DNA of 64,000 nt from an uncultured Lachnospiraceae bacterium. GTDB taxonomy: Bacteria; Bacillota; Clostridia; Lachnospirales; Lachnospiraceae. Both the position numbers and the translations under genes were made by a program. Below, piece after piece: positions 8,703 to 17,944 of the stretch. Under the pieces are notes generated by a model. That model had not been told where the DNA came from. It did not search any database and worked only from the letters and a program-made list of their open reading frames with translations. The first letter of the stretch is position 1; the number at the start of each line of letters is the position of its first letter. The stretch spans positions 8,545 to 72,544 of the forward strand of contig CAJUBR010000003.1 of assembly GCA_910584695.1 (NCBI GenBank), in the 5' to 3' direction.

Positions 8703-9566
8703 GTGTCTTTCTTGTCTGCTTCCACAAAACTTCCTGCAATCGTATCCGGTGCAAATCTTTTACACGGTAAAGGAATTACCGGTAAAAATATAACTGTTGC
8801 CGTTATGGATTCCGGTCTTTCCCCTCATCCCGATATCTCTTCCGACCGGATTCTTGCATTCCGGGATTTTGTTGCAAATAAAAATGATCCATATGACGAT
8901 TATTCTCACGGTACACATGTATCTGGAATTATCGCTTCTTCCAAAATCGGTATTGCTCCGGAATGCCGGATCGTAAACTTAAAAGTATTGGACCAAAAAG
9001 GAAACGGCTGCTCCGATATTTTTATTGAAGGTATTAAATGGATATTAGAAAATCAGGAATACTTTGAAATCCAGATTGTCAACATTTCCATTGGCGGTAC
9101 AAATGCCGAATTAAAAAGAGAAAAGAATTTACTAAACCTATGGGTCAGCCGGTTATGGGAATCAGGAATTACCGTCTGCTGTTCCGCCGGAAATATGGGA
9201 CCTGCCCCCAACTCCATTACGGCTCCCGGAAACTGTAAAAAAGTAATCACGGTGGGCTCCTACGACGGCAGAAGGTTTTCCTCTGCCGGTCCGCTTCTCC
9301 CCTATATTACAAAACCGGAACTTGTTGCTCCCGGTACAAATATCGTAAGCACAAAACCCGGCGGCGGCTACAGCATAAAAAGCGGTACTTCTATGTCCGT
9401 TCCGTTTATCAGTGGTGCCTGTGCCCTATTACTCCAGCAAAAACCTTACCTTACCAATGACCAGTTAAAAATCCGTCTGATGGAATCTGCCTATCCGGTT
9501 CCCTATCTTCCATACAACCGTCAGGGTGCCGGCGTTGTAAACCTCTCCCGCCTGCTGACTCCATAG
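8703..9566 (+). CDS. Subtilisin-family (S8) serine peptidase, short form without an obvious signal peptide or propeptide
   Basis: Catalytic triad motifs VAVMDSG, HGTHVSG and SGTSMSVP are present. The track start is a GTG at 8703. A TTG at 8712, 6 nt after GAGGTG, is an equally good start. Confidence 0.85.
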   Translation: MSFLSASTKLPAIVSGANLLHGKGITGKNITVAVMDSGLSPHPDISSDRILAFRDFVANKNDPYDDYSHGTHVSGIIASSKIGIAPECRIVNLKVLDQKGNGCSDIFIEGIKWILENQEYFEIQIVNISIGGTNAELKREKNLLNLWVSRLWESGITVCCSAGNMGPAPNSITAPGNCKKVITVGSYDGRRFSSAGPLLPYITKPELVAPGTNIVSTKPGGGYSIKSGTSMSVPFISGACALLLQQKPYLTNDQLKIRLMESAYPVPYLPYNRQGAGVVNLSRLLTP

Positions 9567-9721
9567 CCTTTCCACTCTATATTTAAACATAAACGGTATC
9601 TCGATGTCAGACATATTCCAATTTCGTTTCTCCATACGCCCTCACTATATAGTGAGTCCACTATTGACCTTTTAGGGGAAACCCATACACAGAGGCTGCC
9701 GGACGTCCAATCCCTTTAATA

Positions 9722-9803
9722 TCCGTAAGGGGCAGCCCGCACAAAAATACGACAGCATTAGGAACGTCAGCCGAGTATTTTTGTACGGGCTGCCCCTTAC
9801 GGA
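9722..9803. repeat. 82-nt hairpin with a 29-bp near-perfect stem and the conserved 24-nt loop motif (copy 2)
   Basis: The arms at 9722-9750 (tccgtaaggggcagcccgcacaaaaatac) and 9775-9803 (gtatttttgtacgggctgccccttacgga) are complementary with 1 mismatch. The loop at 9751-9774, GACAGCATTAGGAACGTCAGCCGA, is 21/24 identical to copy 1. Confidence 0.75.
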
Positions 9804-9813
9804 CTCTATCATC

Positions 9814-11673
9814 CTAACTCGTCCAGCAGTCTCGTCCTACTTCACCCCGACTTAAAATCTCCTTTAAAAACCGGGAAACCTCCAATTCTTTATTATAATA
9901 CTCTTTTACCTCGTAGATATGCAGATGTTTCCGTGCCCGCGTCATTGCTACATAAAACATTCTGCGCTCCTCTTCTATCTCTTCCGGCTTTACTGCCTTT
10001 TTATATGGTGACATTCCTTCATTGACCTCCGGAATAAATACTGCATCAAATTCCAAGCCTTTTGCACTGTGCATTGTCGTAATCACTACACCTTCCCGCT
10101 TTTTTCCTGACTTTGTATGCTGCTCAAAATCCTCCCGGTACGTTTCAATTCCCTTGAACCAGTCATCAAACGTTTTATATTGTCTGGCCATTTCCTGTAA
10201 CTCATCTAAAGTGCTTAATAAATCCTCAACATTCAAATGCCGGTAATCGGCATACTCTGATAAATAAGCATCATAACCAATTGCCTTTCGAATAAAATGA
10301 ACGGCGGCAAACGGTTTTAAGCCAGCCAGTATCTTTAATTCATACTCCATCTGGTCAATATTGTCCAGTGCCCAGCTCTTATTTTCCACCATTGTCCGCA
10401 TTCTTTCAAAATTTACAACCGGTTCCGTTAACAATTCCCTTGAAAGATAGCGGTTCGGCTTATTCATAATCCGGAGAAATAATGCCCTGTCCCGTTTTCC
10501 CATTGCTGCATGGATATAATCCAATATATTTTTCACTGTAAAATGATCGTAGATACAGGGAACCTTATCCCTCATCTGGAACGGAACATTATACTCCATC
10601 AATTTGTGGACCAGCATTCTGGCCTGAACATTCGTCCTCACGATCACTGCCATTTCGGCATAGGAAATTCCTTTTTTCCCATACTCCATTATAGCTTTTA
10701 ATATATGGTTATTTTCCTCCGGCACTGTTTTCATATGATGGATCCAAATCGGTTCTTCATATTCCCTGTCACTGATAATTTTCTTATCGAAGCGGATCTT
10801 ATTATTTTCTATAAGCTGTACCGCCCCTTCTGTAATGTTCCGGCTGCAACGATAATTCACATCTAAAAGTGTCGTGACCGTATCCGGGAAATCTTCCTTA
10901 AAATGAAGCATAATTTCCGGTCTTGCCCCACGGAATCCATAAATACTCTGGTCATCATCTCCAACAACAAACAGATTATTTTCCGGTGCCGCTAACATTT
11001 TTGTTATCTCATATTGAATCTTATTAATATCCTGAAACTCATCCACAAGTATATAAGTATACCGTCTTTGCAGATTTCTTAAAATATCCGGTCTTGCCTT
11101 TAACAGCTCATAACAATAGACCATCATATCATCAAAATCCAATTTGTTCATGGAAGTGGTTTTTTTCTCATATTCTTTATATATATCCCTAAATATATCC
11201 TCTCCAAGACATGCGGAGTAAAAATGATCCGGTTCAATCATATCTCCTTTCATCATCCCGATTTCCTGAATGACAGACAGCACTAATTCCTCTTCATCTT
11301 CATACTCTAATTGTTTACCGCGGATAATATCCCGAATCATAGAATACTTTTCTTCTTCTAATAGAATATTGCCTGAATGATAGCCATAAGCCATCTTTAA
11401 GATATTAAAAAATACAGAATGAAAGGTTCCAAACGTACAGGAACAGCGTTTTTCTTTCATCCGTTTAACAAACCGTTCCTCCATCTCTTTCGCACTTGCC
11501 CTTGTAAAGGTAATGACAAGAATATGAGACGGAGAAACTTCTGCCTCCTCTATCAGATATTGAATCCGATATACCATCGCTGTTGTCTTGCCCGATCCCG
11601 GTCCTGCCAATGCCAGCATCGGGCCTTTCACATGATGGATTGCAGTCAGTTGACCTTTATTAAATTCCGGCAT
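9814..11673 (-). CDS. UvrD/PcrA/Rep-family ATP-dependent DNA helicase (short, 619 aa)
   Basis: Motifs GPGSGKTT (Walker A), VDEFQD, VGDDDQSIYGFRGA, TMHSAKGLEFD and YVAMTRA. Confidence 0.9.
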   Translation of the reverse strand: MPEFNKGQLTAIHHVKGPMLALAGPGSGKTTAMVYRIQYLIEEAEVSPSHILVITFTRASAKEMEERFVKRMKEKRCSCTFGTFHSVFFNILKMAYGYHSGNILLEEEKYSMIRDIIRGKQLEYEDEEELVLSVIQEIGMMKGDMIEPDHFYSACLGEDIFRDIYKEYEKKTTSMNKLDFDDMMVYCYELLKARPDILRNLQRRYTYILVDEFQDINKIQYEITKMLAAPENNLFVVGDDDQSIYGFRGARPEIMLHFKEDFPDTVTTLLDVNYRCSRNITEGAVQLIENNKIRFDKKIISDREYEEPIWIHHMKTVPEENNHILKAIMEYGKKGISYAEMAVIVRTNVQARMLVHKLMEYNVPFQMRDKVPCIYDHFTVKNILDYIHAAMGKRDRALFLRIMNKPNRYLSRELLTEPVVNFERMRTMVENKSWALDNIDQMEYELKILAGLKPFAAVHFIRKAIGYDAYLSEYADYRHLNVEDLLSTLDELQEMARQYKTFDDWFKGIETYREDFEQHTKSGKKREGVVITTMHSAKGLEFDAVFIPEVNEGMSPYKKAVKPEEIEEERRMFYVAMTRARKHLHIYEVKEYYNKELEVSRFLKEILSRGEVGRDCWTS

Positions 11674-11685
11674 TTTGATCCTTTC

Positions 11686-13146
11686 TTACAGTTCCTTTTC
11701 CAACTTAGAAATTCCAATCTCAATTCTTCTAAGGGACTCCTCTTTTCCCAGAATATCCATAATTTCAAAGGCTCCCCCTGGTGTCATCTGCTTCCCGGAT
11801 ACCGCCGTACGCACCGGCCAGAGACCGGTTCCGTTCTTGATACCCTTATCTGCAATATACTGCATCAGCGTGTCATGCAGATGATCCAGCGTCCATTGGG
11901 ACACACCTTTTAAAATATCATATTCCTCCCGTAAGATTTCCAAAGAATTTTCCGTATTGGTCTTCATTTTCTTATGTGTGTACATAGATACATCATAATC
12001 CGGAAGTTCCTCAAAAAAATCAATGTGATCTTTGATATCCGGTAATACTTCAATACGGGTCTTTACAAGCTTAAGCATTTCATCAATCTTAATATTCTTT
12101 GTAATCATCTCTTTGACATACGGCATTGCCATTTCCTTAAACCGGGCAAACTCCATTTTCTTAATATATTCCCCGTTCATCCAACGCAGTTTTACCATAT
12201 CAAATACGGCCGGTGATTTTGAAATATGATGATAGTCAAAAACCTCAACCAGTTCATCCAGTGTAAATAATTCCCGGTTATCTACCGGACTCCATCCAAG
12301 AAGGGCAACAAAATTAACAATTGCCTCCGTTAAAAATCCCTGTTCTAACAAATCCTCATAAGAGGCATGTCCGCACCGCTTAGAAAGCTTCTGGTGTTCT
12401 TCATTGGTAATCGTAGGACAATGAATATAAGACGGAACCTCCCATCCAAATGCCTGATAAAGCCGGTTATACTTTGGAGAAGAAGACAAATATTCCTGTC
12501 CACGCACTACATGGGTAATCCCCATCAGATGATCATCCACAACATTTGCAAAATTATAGGTTGGATAACCGTCTGACTTTATCAGTATCATATCATCCAG
12601 CTCGCTGTTCGGTACCGTAATCGTTCCATAAAGCTCATCCTCAAAACTGGTTTCCCCTTCTGTCGGAACATTCTGACGGATAACATAAGGAATCCCGGAA
12701 GACAGCTTCTTTTCTACTTCTTCCCGGCTTAAATGCAGACAATGCTTATCATATTTACGAACCGTCTTACCGTCTACTACTTCTTCTTTTAAGTTCTCAA
12801 GTCTCTTCTCGTCACAAAAACAATAATATGCTTCGCCTTTATCCACTAACTGCTTTGCATATTTCATGTAAATCCCTTGTTCCTGGCGTTTGCTTTGTAC
12901 GTAAGGACCTACCCCGCCGTCTTTGTCAGGTCCTTCATCATGAAGAAGTCCCGTTCCTTCCATTGTACGGTAAATGATGTCTACTGCACCCTCTAACAGC
13001 CTTTCCTGATCCGTATCCTCAATTCTTAAAATAAAATCTCCCTTTTCATGCTTTGCTACCAAATATGCATATAACGCTGTACGAAGATTACCCACATGCA
13101 TTCTTCCGGTTGGACTTGGTGCAAATCTGGTTCTTACTTTGCTCAT
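11686..13146 (-). CDS. gltX: Glutamate--tRNA ligase
   Basis: 486 aa. [19 protein letters not shown] is the HIGH-type motif and KLSKR is the KMSKS-type motif. Confidence 0.95.
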   Translation of the reverse strand: MSKVRTRFAPSPTGRMHVGNLRTALYAYLVAKHEKGDFILRIEDTDQERLLEGAVDIIYRTMEGTGLLHDEGPDKDGGVGPYVQSKRQEQGIYMKYAKQLVDKGEAYYCFCDEKRLENLKEEVVDGKTVRKYDKHCLHLSREEVEKKLSSGIPYVIRQNVPTEGETSFEDELYGTITVPNSELDDMILIKSDGYPTYNFANVVDDHLMGITHVVRGQEYLSSSPKYNRLYQAFGWEVPSYIHCPTITNEEHQKLSKRCGHASYEDLLEQGFLTEAIVNFVALLGWSPVDNRELFTLDELVEVFDYHHISKSPAVFDMVKLRWMNGEYIKKMEFARFKEMAMPYVKEMITKNIKIDEMLKLVKTRIEVLPDIKDHIDFFEELPDYDVSMYTHKKMKTNTENSLEILREEYDILKGVSQWTLDHLHDTLMQYIADKGIKNGTGLWPVRTAVSGKQMTPGGAFEIMDILGKEESLRRIEIGISKLEKEL

Positions 13147-13197
13147 ATTCGCCCTCGATTCTTACGATCTTACTCTTCCTGTTTTTTCATTTCTCTG

Positions 13198-13716
13198 CTA
13201 ATTATTTTTACCACAGCACTGCTTATATTTACGACCACTGCCACATGGACAAGGATCATTTCTTCCAATTTTAGGTGGTTTTACTACTGTTTTTGAACTC
13301 TTTTCCTGTTTATAAAGCTCTTTTCTCCTCTCAGGTGTAAGAAGATTGTCCCACTCTTCTAATGTGTATAACCATTCCGCTTCACATCCCACCATATTCA
13401 TATAAAGCTTTTCAAGATCAATATCCAAAGATACCTCTGTATCCTCTTCCATCTCCTCAATATTATTCGGAACCTTCAGACTCTCATTGATACCATCTAA
13501 AAATCCGGTTATTAATGAAATGCTAGTGTCATATCTCTGTGCCAGTTCCTTTACTGTGCCTTTTACAACTTCCGTTGGATTTGCAAGAAGCTGCTTATAG
13601 ATTCCCTGCTCTACTCCAAAATAATTCAGCCAAAATTGTTTTCCTTCCGGTGTTCTGTCATCAAGACCATATGCGTAATCGCGCCAATCTTTTAATAAAC
13701 TCATTCGTTTTTCCAT
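13198..13716 (-). CDS. SEC-C metal-binding motif protein
   Basis: 172 aa with a C-terminal [23 protein letters not shown] zinc motif. Confidence 0.8.
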   Translation of the reverse strand: MEKRMSLLKDWRDYAYGLDDRTPEGKQFWLNYFGVEQGIYKQLLANPTEVVKGTVKELAQRYDTSISLITGFLDGINESLKVPNNIEEMEEDTEVSLDIDLEKLYMNMVGCEAEWLYTLEEWDNLLTPERRKELYKQEKSSKTVVKPPKIGRNDPCPCGSGRKYKQCCGKNN

Positions 13717-13743
13717 CCTTTAATATAAAATTATTACCGCTAG

Positions 13744-13772
13744 ATTATAGCAAAATGTATTTATTTTTTCAA
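13744..13772 (-). promoter_or_regulatory. Sigma-A-type promoter for the SEC-C protein / gltX unit
   Basis: The reverse strand reads TTGAAA - 17 nt - TATAAT, and the -10 ends 27 nt upstream of the ATG at 13716. Confidence 0.6.
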
Positions 13773-13870
13773 GAGTGTATAAAAGGCGAAAAAGCGGACA
13801 TACTTAAAATATCACTTAGGACAGAAGATGTCATATTCTTAGATGTGGCATCTTTTGTAAAAGTGAGAAC

Positions 13871-13892
13871 GATTCTCTAAGCTTAGAGAATC
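13871..13892. promoter_or_regulatory. Perfect 22-bp palindrome (candidate protein-binding site)
   Basis: gattctctaagcttagagaatc, perfectly self-complementary and centred on AAGCTT. It lies in the 241-bp spacer upstream of the SEC-C/gltX promoter. Confidence 0.35.
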
Positions 13893-13917
13893 CGATAATA
13901 CTTTATCCTCCCCTATT

Positions 13918-13942
13918 ACGGAGCCGGTCCCCCCGGCTCCGT
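13918..13942. other. GC-rich 10-bp-stem hairpin downstream of the rarA unit (possible terminator lacking a U-tract)
   Basis: acggagccgg-tcccc-ccggctccgt. There is no T-run on the minus-strand side. Confidence 0.4.
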
Positions 13943-13957
13943 TCCCCTTTAAAAAAG

Positions 13958-14218
13958 CTAATCTTTTTCTAAGTCAGGTGTTTTACAAGCTTCCTTTGAA
14001 TGCTTTAACTTTAACTCTTGTGGTTCTTCCTTCGAATCCCCATGAAGCAGATGCGTAAACCACATAAAAACCCACAAAACAACAGGCACTACAAAGGATA
14101 AAAATAACAATCCATAAAAATACGGACTTTTTATAATACCACAAATCAATGTCCCGATTACCAGCCCTGAAATTAATAAAACAATCAGTCCTGCAACAAT
14201 TCTTCTTATCTTATTCAT
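13958..14218 (-). CDS. Small membrane protein, hypothetical
   Basis: ORF 13958..14242 with two hydrophobic helices. Start placed at MNKIRR (ATG at 14218, GGAG 9 nt upstream), overlapping the rarA end by 8 nt. Confidence 0.55.
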   Translation of the reverse strand: MNKIRRIVAGLIVLLISGLVIGTLICGIIKSPYFYGLLFLSFVVPVVLWVFMWFTHLLHGDSKEEPQELKLKHSKEACKTPDLEKD

Positions 14219-15539
14219 TTTCATAATCTCCATATAAACCATCTAAGTATTCCCGTACATCTTTTTCATGACCATTTACAGTCGGATGGTAAAACCGTAC
14301 ATCTTTTATTTCATCCGGCAGATACTGCTGTTTCACAAAATGTCCCGGATAATCATGAGGATAAAGGTAACCCACATGCCCTAATTCTTTCGAACCTTTG
14401 TAATGGGCATCCCGTAAATGCGGCGGAACCGTTCCGGTTTTTTGGTTGCGAACTGTTTCCAAGGCATTAAAAATCGCATTCGTAACTGCATTTGATTTCG
14501 GAGCACACGCTACATAGATTGCCGCATTGGCAAGTATAATCTGTGCTTCCGGCATCCCCACTCTTTCAACTGCCTGTGCACAAGCCACTGCGGTCTGAAT
14601 GGCACCGGGGTCCGCAATTCCAACATCCTCACTGGCACAAATCATGATCCGTCTTGCAATAAAGGTAACACTCTCTCCCGCCTGAAGCATTTTTGCGAGA
14701 TAATACACTGCTGCATCCGGATCAGATCCCCTCATGCTTTTAATGAAAGCGGAAATGGTATCATAATGATTATCTCCATCCTTGTCATAACGGACAGCTC
14801 TTCTTTGAATACACTCCTCTGCCACCGGCAACGTAATATAAATCTTACCGTCCTCTGACGGCTTTGTTGTAAGAACTCCTAATTCAATCGCATTTAATGC
14901 ACTTCTGGCATCCCCTTCACTCATATCTGCCAAAAAATCTAATGCTTCATCACTGATAGCTGCGTGATAAGCACCCATACCCTTTTGGGTATCATACACG
15001 GCCCGCTTAATCAGTTCCTTAATATCTTCCTTTCCCAGTGGCTCTAACCGAAATATATGGGAACGGGAAATCAATGCCCCGTTTACCTCAAAATAAGGAT
15101 TTTCCGTTGTAGCTCCAATCAAAATGATGGTTCCGTCTTCCACAAAGGGAAGAAGATAGTCCTGCTGTGCCTTATTAAACCGATGTATCTCGTCCACAAA
15201 TAAAATGGTTTTTTTCTGATACATTCCGTAATGTTCTTTCGCCTCCTTTACCACCTGTTCCATATCTTTTTTTCCTGCAGTCGTGGCATTTAACGATGTA
15301 AAAATAGAACTGGTGGTATTGGCAATTACCATAGCCAAAGTCGTCTTGCCGGTTCCCGGCGGACCATAGAAAATAATAGAGCCTAACTTATCTGCCTCAA
15401 TAGCCCGGTAAAGCAGTTTATCTTTTCCTAAAATATGTTTTTGGCCAACAACCTCATCTATGGTTGTTGGCCGGAGTCTCTTTGCCAAAGGTGATTCCTT
15501 TTCCATATTCACTTCTCTCATAAAGTCAAATAAATCCAT
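14211..15539 (-). CDS. rarA: Replication-associated recombination protein A (AAA+ ATPase)
   Basis: GPPGTGKTTLA Walker A, FVDEIHRFNK, and a MgsA-type C-terminal domain. Start moved to the second Met (GAGG 6 nt upstream). Confidence 0.93.
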   Translation of the reverse strand: MDLFDFMREVNMEKESPLAKRLRPTTIDEVVGQKHILGKDKLLYRAIEADKLGSIIFYGPPGTGKTTLAMVIANTTSSIFTSLNATTAGKKDMEQVVKEAKEHYGMYQKKTILFVDEIHRFNKAQQDYLLPFVEDGTIILIGATTENPYFEVNGALISRSHIFRLEPLGKEDIKELIKRAVYDTQKGMGAYHAAISDEALDFLADMSEGDARSALNAIELGVLTTKPSEDGKIYITLPVAEECIQRRAVRYDKDGDNHYDTISAFIKSMRGSDPDAAVYYLAKMLQAGESVTFIARRIMICASEDVGIADPGAIQTAVACAQAVERVGMPEAQIILANAAIYVACAPKSNAVTNAIFNALETVRNQKTGTVPPHLRDAHYKGSKELGHVGYLYPHDYPGHFVKQQYLPDEIKDVRFYHPTVNGHEKDVREYLDGLYGDYENE

Positions 15540-15554
15540 AACCATCCTCTATAC

Positions 15555-15959
15555 TCATTCTGTTCTCTTTTGAAATCCCATTCTATTCAGCATCTCTTCA
15601 AATTTCTCTACAATAATGGGTTTACAGATATATGCATCATAGTCATTACACACCTGAATACTATCCAATGCCACCTCATCCAGAGCACTAATCATAATTA
15701 CCTTTGACTGTGTTTCCTTGTAAATCCCGTATTTGTTTTCTGCTTCTCTGACTGCCTCCAATGTTTTATAACCATCTAACCGGCTCATCATAATATCCAG
15801 ACAAATAATATCAAACAACTGGTGATTTTCCAATGCCGTTACTGCTTCTTCTACTGCAGAAATACCATTATCGACCACCACCACTTCTCCATACTGGGAA
15901 AATATTCTTTCTAAAAATCTTCTATTTACAAAATCATCATCTGCAATTAATATTCTCAT
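15555..15959 (-). CDS. Single-domain response regulator (receiver only)
   Basis: ORF 15555..15977 trimmed to MRILIADDD (SD GGAGG). The acidic pocket DDD, the phospho-acceptor context ICLDIMMS and the conserved Lys in ICKP are present. Confidence 0.85.
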   Translation of the reverse strand: MRILIADDDFVNRRFLERIFSQYGEVVVVDNGISAVEEAVTALENHQLFDIICLDIMMSRLDGYKTLEAVREAENKYGIYKETQSKVIMISALDEVALDSIQVCNDYDAYICKPIIVEKFEEMLNRMGFQKRTE

Positions 15960-16015
15960 AAGAATCCTCCAAATCATCTACACAATCTAAATTATGTCCT
16001 ACCTATATACGGATG

Positions 16016-16615
16016 CTATGAATCGGATTGGTTCCGTATCAAATCTGCCATCTTGTCAAGTATGGATTGGGCTGCCTGATTATGACTTTTATTCTCATAA
16101 TAGATTCTTCGGTTTAATAAATCTCTGGTAAGACTCCCCATGAAAATATTAGTCAGCTCTTCTGAAGTAAAAGTATCTATAATTTCTTTTTCCTTCATTG
16201 CTGCGTCAAATTCCTTCCTTAAAAAGCTGGTTCTTAAATCAATCGCTGCGGAAATACTTTCTCTGGTGTTGACATTATGCAATAATTCTTCATAATTCAA
16301 TACAATCGCAGACAATTCTTTGTATCCATCATAATAAGTCCCATATGTCTTCAACAATTCCAAAACCTTATCCAAATGTGAAATCTCTTTCGATTCAATT
16401 GTAGCAATTATACCATCATCAAATTTAGTAAATAGATTAACCACTTCCACCAAAACTTCTTCAATACCGCCAAAATACCGGTAAAGCAAAGACTCCGACA
16501 TGTTTTCCCTCATTGCAAGCGTCTTTGTAGTAAGCGAAGCCAGTCCTGATTCACTTATGATTTCAATAGCAGAAGCAATAATTCGATCTTTTCTGTTAAC
16601 AAAATTATTATTCAT
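16016..16615 (-). CDS. TetR/AcrR-family transcriptional regulator
   Basis: The N-terminal HTH (IIASAIEIISESGLASLTTKTLAMRENMSESLLYRYFGG) is typical of TetR. Start at MNNNF, with GGGGG 6 nt upstream. Confidence 0.85.
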   Translation of the reverse strand: MNNNFVNRKDRIIASAIEIISESGLASLTTKTLAMRENMSESLLYRYFGGIEEVLVEVVNLFTKFDDGIIATIESKEISHLDKVLELLKTYGTYYDGYKELSAIVLNYEELLHNVNTRESISAAIDLRTSFLRKEFDAAMKEKEIIDTFTSEELTNIFMGSLTRDLLNRRIYYENKSHNQAAQSILDKMADLIRNQSDS

Positions 16616-16653
16616 ATGTATCCCCCACATTTGTGAATTATAATTCAGCTTAT

Positions 16654-16682
16654 ATTTTATGGCATACCGGCCTTTTTGTCAA
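16654..16682 (-). promoter_or_regulatory. Sigma-A-type promoter upstream of the TetR gene
   Basis: The reverse strand reads TTGACA - 17 nt - TAAAAT. Confidence 0.55.
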
Positions 16683-16710
16683 CAGAATAATCCCTCTTTC
16701 GATACACTGC

Positions 16711-17685
16711 TCAACTGCTTTTTCCATAAATATTGACTTTATCTTTCTCCCTGTCATAATAATAAATATGATCTGACAACAGATCAATCAGCCCTACCGC
16801 ACTGTTGTTTGCCTCCGCTACCAGATTTGAGAGAAATTCAGGTTCTGTTTCTGTATTTTCCGGCACCAACATAACTTCATGTATACTGGAGGGTAAAATA
16901 AAAATATTGGAATCCTGTACTTTTGCAAAATGCCTTAGTACATTATCATATAAGATACAGGTTGCTCCGTTAATTCCGGTGTCATTTGTAAGTACATACA
17001 TATTTACTTTATTTTCTTTATCTTCAAACTCTGTCATATCAGCAAGCAGCTCTTTGGACAGAATATCCGGCTCTTTTTGCTTTAAACAGTCCGAGATTAC
17101 TCTGGCAAGGGAATCCATCTGCCACGGAAACTCTCTCATTGTATTAAAAAGTGCAATCTGATAAAGGTCTTCCAATGCCACATTCCATTCGGTAAACTCT
17201 GTGTTGGATATTAGAGAACTTGCGATTCCAATCCGGTTCTTACTTGCGATATATCGAAATGTGACTGCCAGATCCAAATATTTTTTATAAGGACAGTTCT
17301 TCAGCAGTTCTTTATTCCTTTCATAGTTTACCAAGCGAAGTACAATCTGATCCTTTACGTTTAAAAAATTTGTAATATCCTCTACCTTAAAGTCACGTTC
17401 TTCCTTTGCATTTTGATATTGATAAATGATTTCTTCCATAATTACAGTAAGAGGTTTTCCCATCTGATAACTTTCAAAATAAGAATTCAGATAAATATTA
17501 GGAGTGACCTTATCTTCTTTTCCTCGGATGGTAATCCCGTCTAAAACAATTCCGTTATTCTTTATCACCTTATGTAGTTCTACTTTATAAGATTCTTTTT
17601 TTTCTTCCTTGGAGTTATACGAATATGCCCCCATTATCTCTGCAAGATTTTCCTTAATATATTCTAAAAATTCCTGATAATTCAT
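16711..17685 (-). CDS. Hypothetical protein (possibly DUF5688-like)
   Basis: 324 aa, soluble. It has its own strong promoter and a leader of about 180 nt. The family name is tentative and from memory. Confidence 0.6.
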   Translation of the reverse strand: MNYQEFLEYIKENLAEIMGAYSYNSKEEKKESYKVELHKVIKNNGIVLDGITIRGKEDKVTPNIYLNSYFESYQMGKPLTVIMEEIIYQYQNAKEERDFKVEDITNFLNVKDQIVLRLVNYERNKELLKNCPYKKYLDLAVTFRYIASKNRIGIASSLISNTEFTEWNVALEDLYQIALFNTMREFPWQMDSLARVISDCLKQKEPDILSKELLADMTEFEDKENKVNMYVLTNDTGINGATCILYDNVLRHFAKVQDSNIFILPSSIHEVMLVPENTETEPEFLSNLVAEANNSAVGLIDLLSDHIYYYDREKDKVNIYGKSS

Positions 17686-17872
17686 AAATACGTTCTCCTC
17701 TGCTTCTATTAGTTGTATATCCTTTATTCTATGTTGCTTTCATTAATGGAAAAATAGAGAAACTAACTGTAACCTGCCATTCAGGCCTTTCGATATATCC
17801 TTATAAAATGAGAAATTGATACGAATGTATCACAGATAAAAAAATAAGCCTTATCCAATATGTGTATGACTT

Positions 17873-17901
17873 ATCATACCGAATAAAGCTCTCCTCGTCA
17901 A
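17873..17901 (-). promoter_or_regulatory. Sigma-A-type promoter upstream of the 324-aa hypothetical gene
   Basis: The reverse strand reads TTGACG - 17 nt - TATGAT, leaving a leader of about 180 nt before the ATG at 17685. Confidence 0.55.
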
Positions 17902-17944
17902 GTACTTTTTCAACTTTTATACTCCATCAATTTTTTATGATTTT

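Noticed and set aside
9641-9656. Perfect 16-nt palindrome ctcactatatagtgag. On the reverse strand it reads GACTCACTATA, resembling the core of a T7-type promoter.
   Set aside because: Only 11 nt match. No phage RNA polymerase or phage context is present. A short AT-rich palindrome is easily produced by chance, so it is noted only as part of the unusual 247-bp convergent spacer.
9694-9711. Possible partial inverted copy of the conserved loop motif (ggctgccggacgtccaat versus the reverse complement tcggctgacgttcctaat).
   Set aside because: Only about 13 of 18 positions align and gaps are needed. That is too weak to claim without a statistical search.
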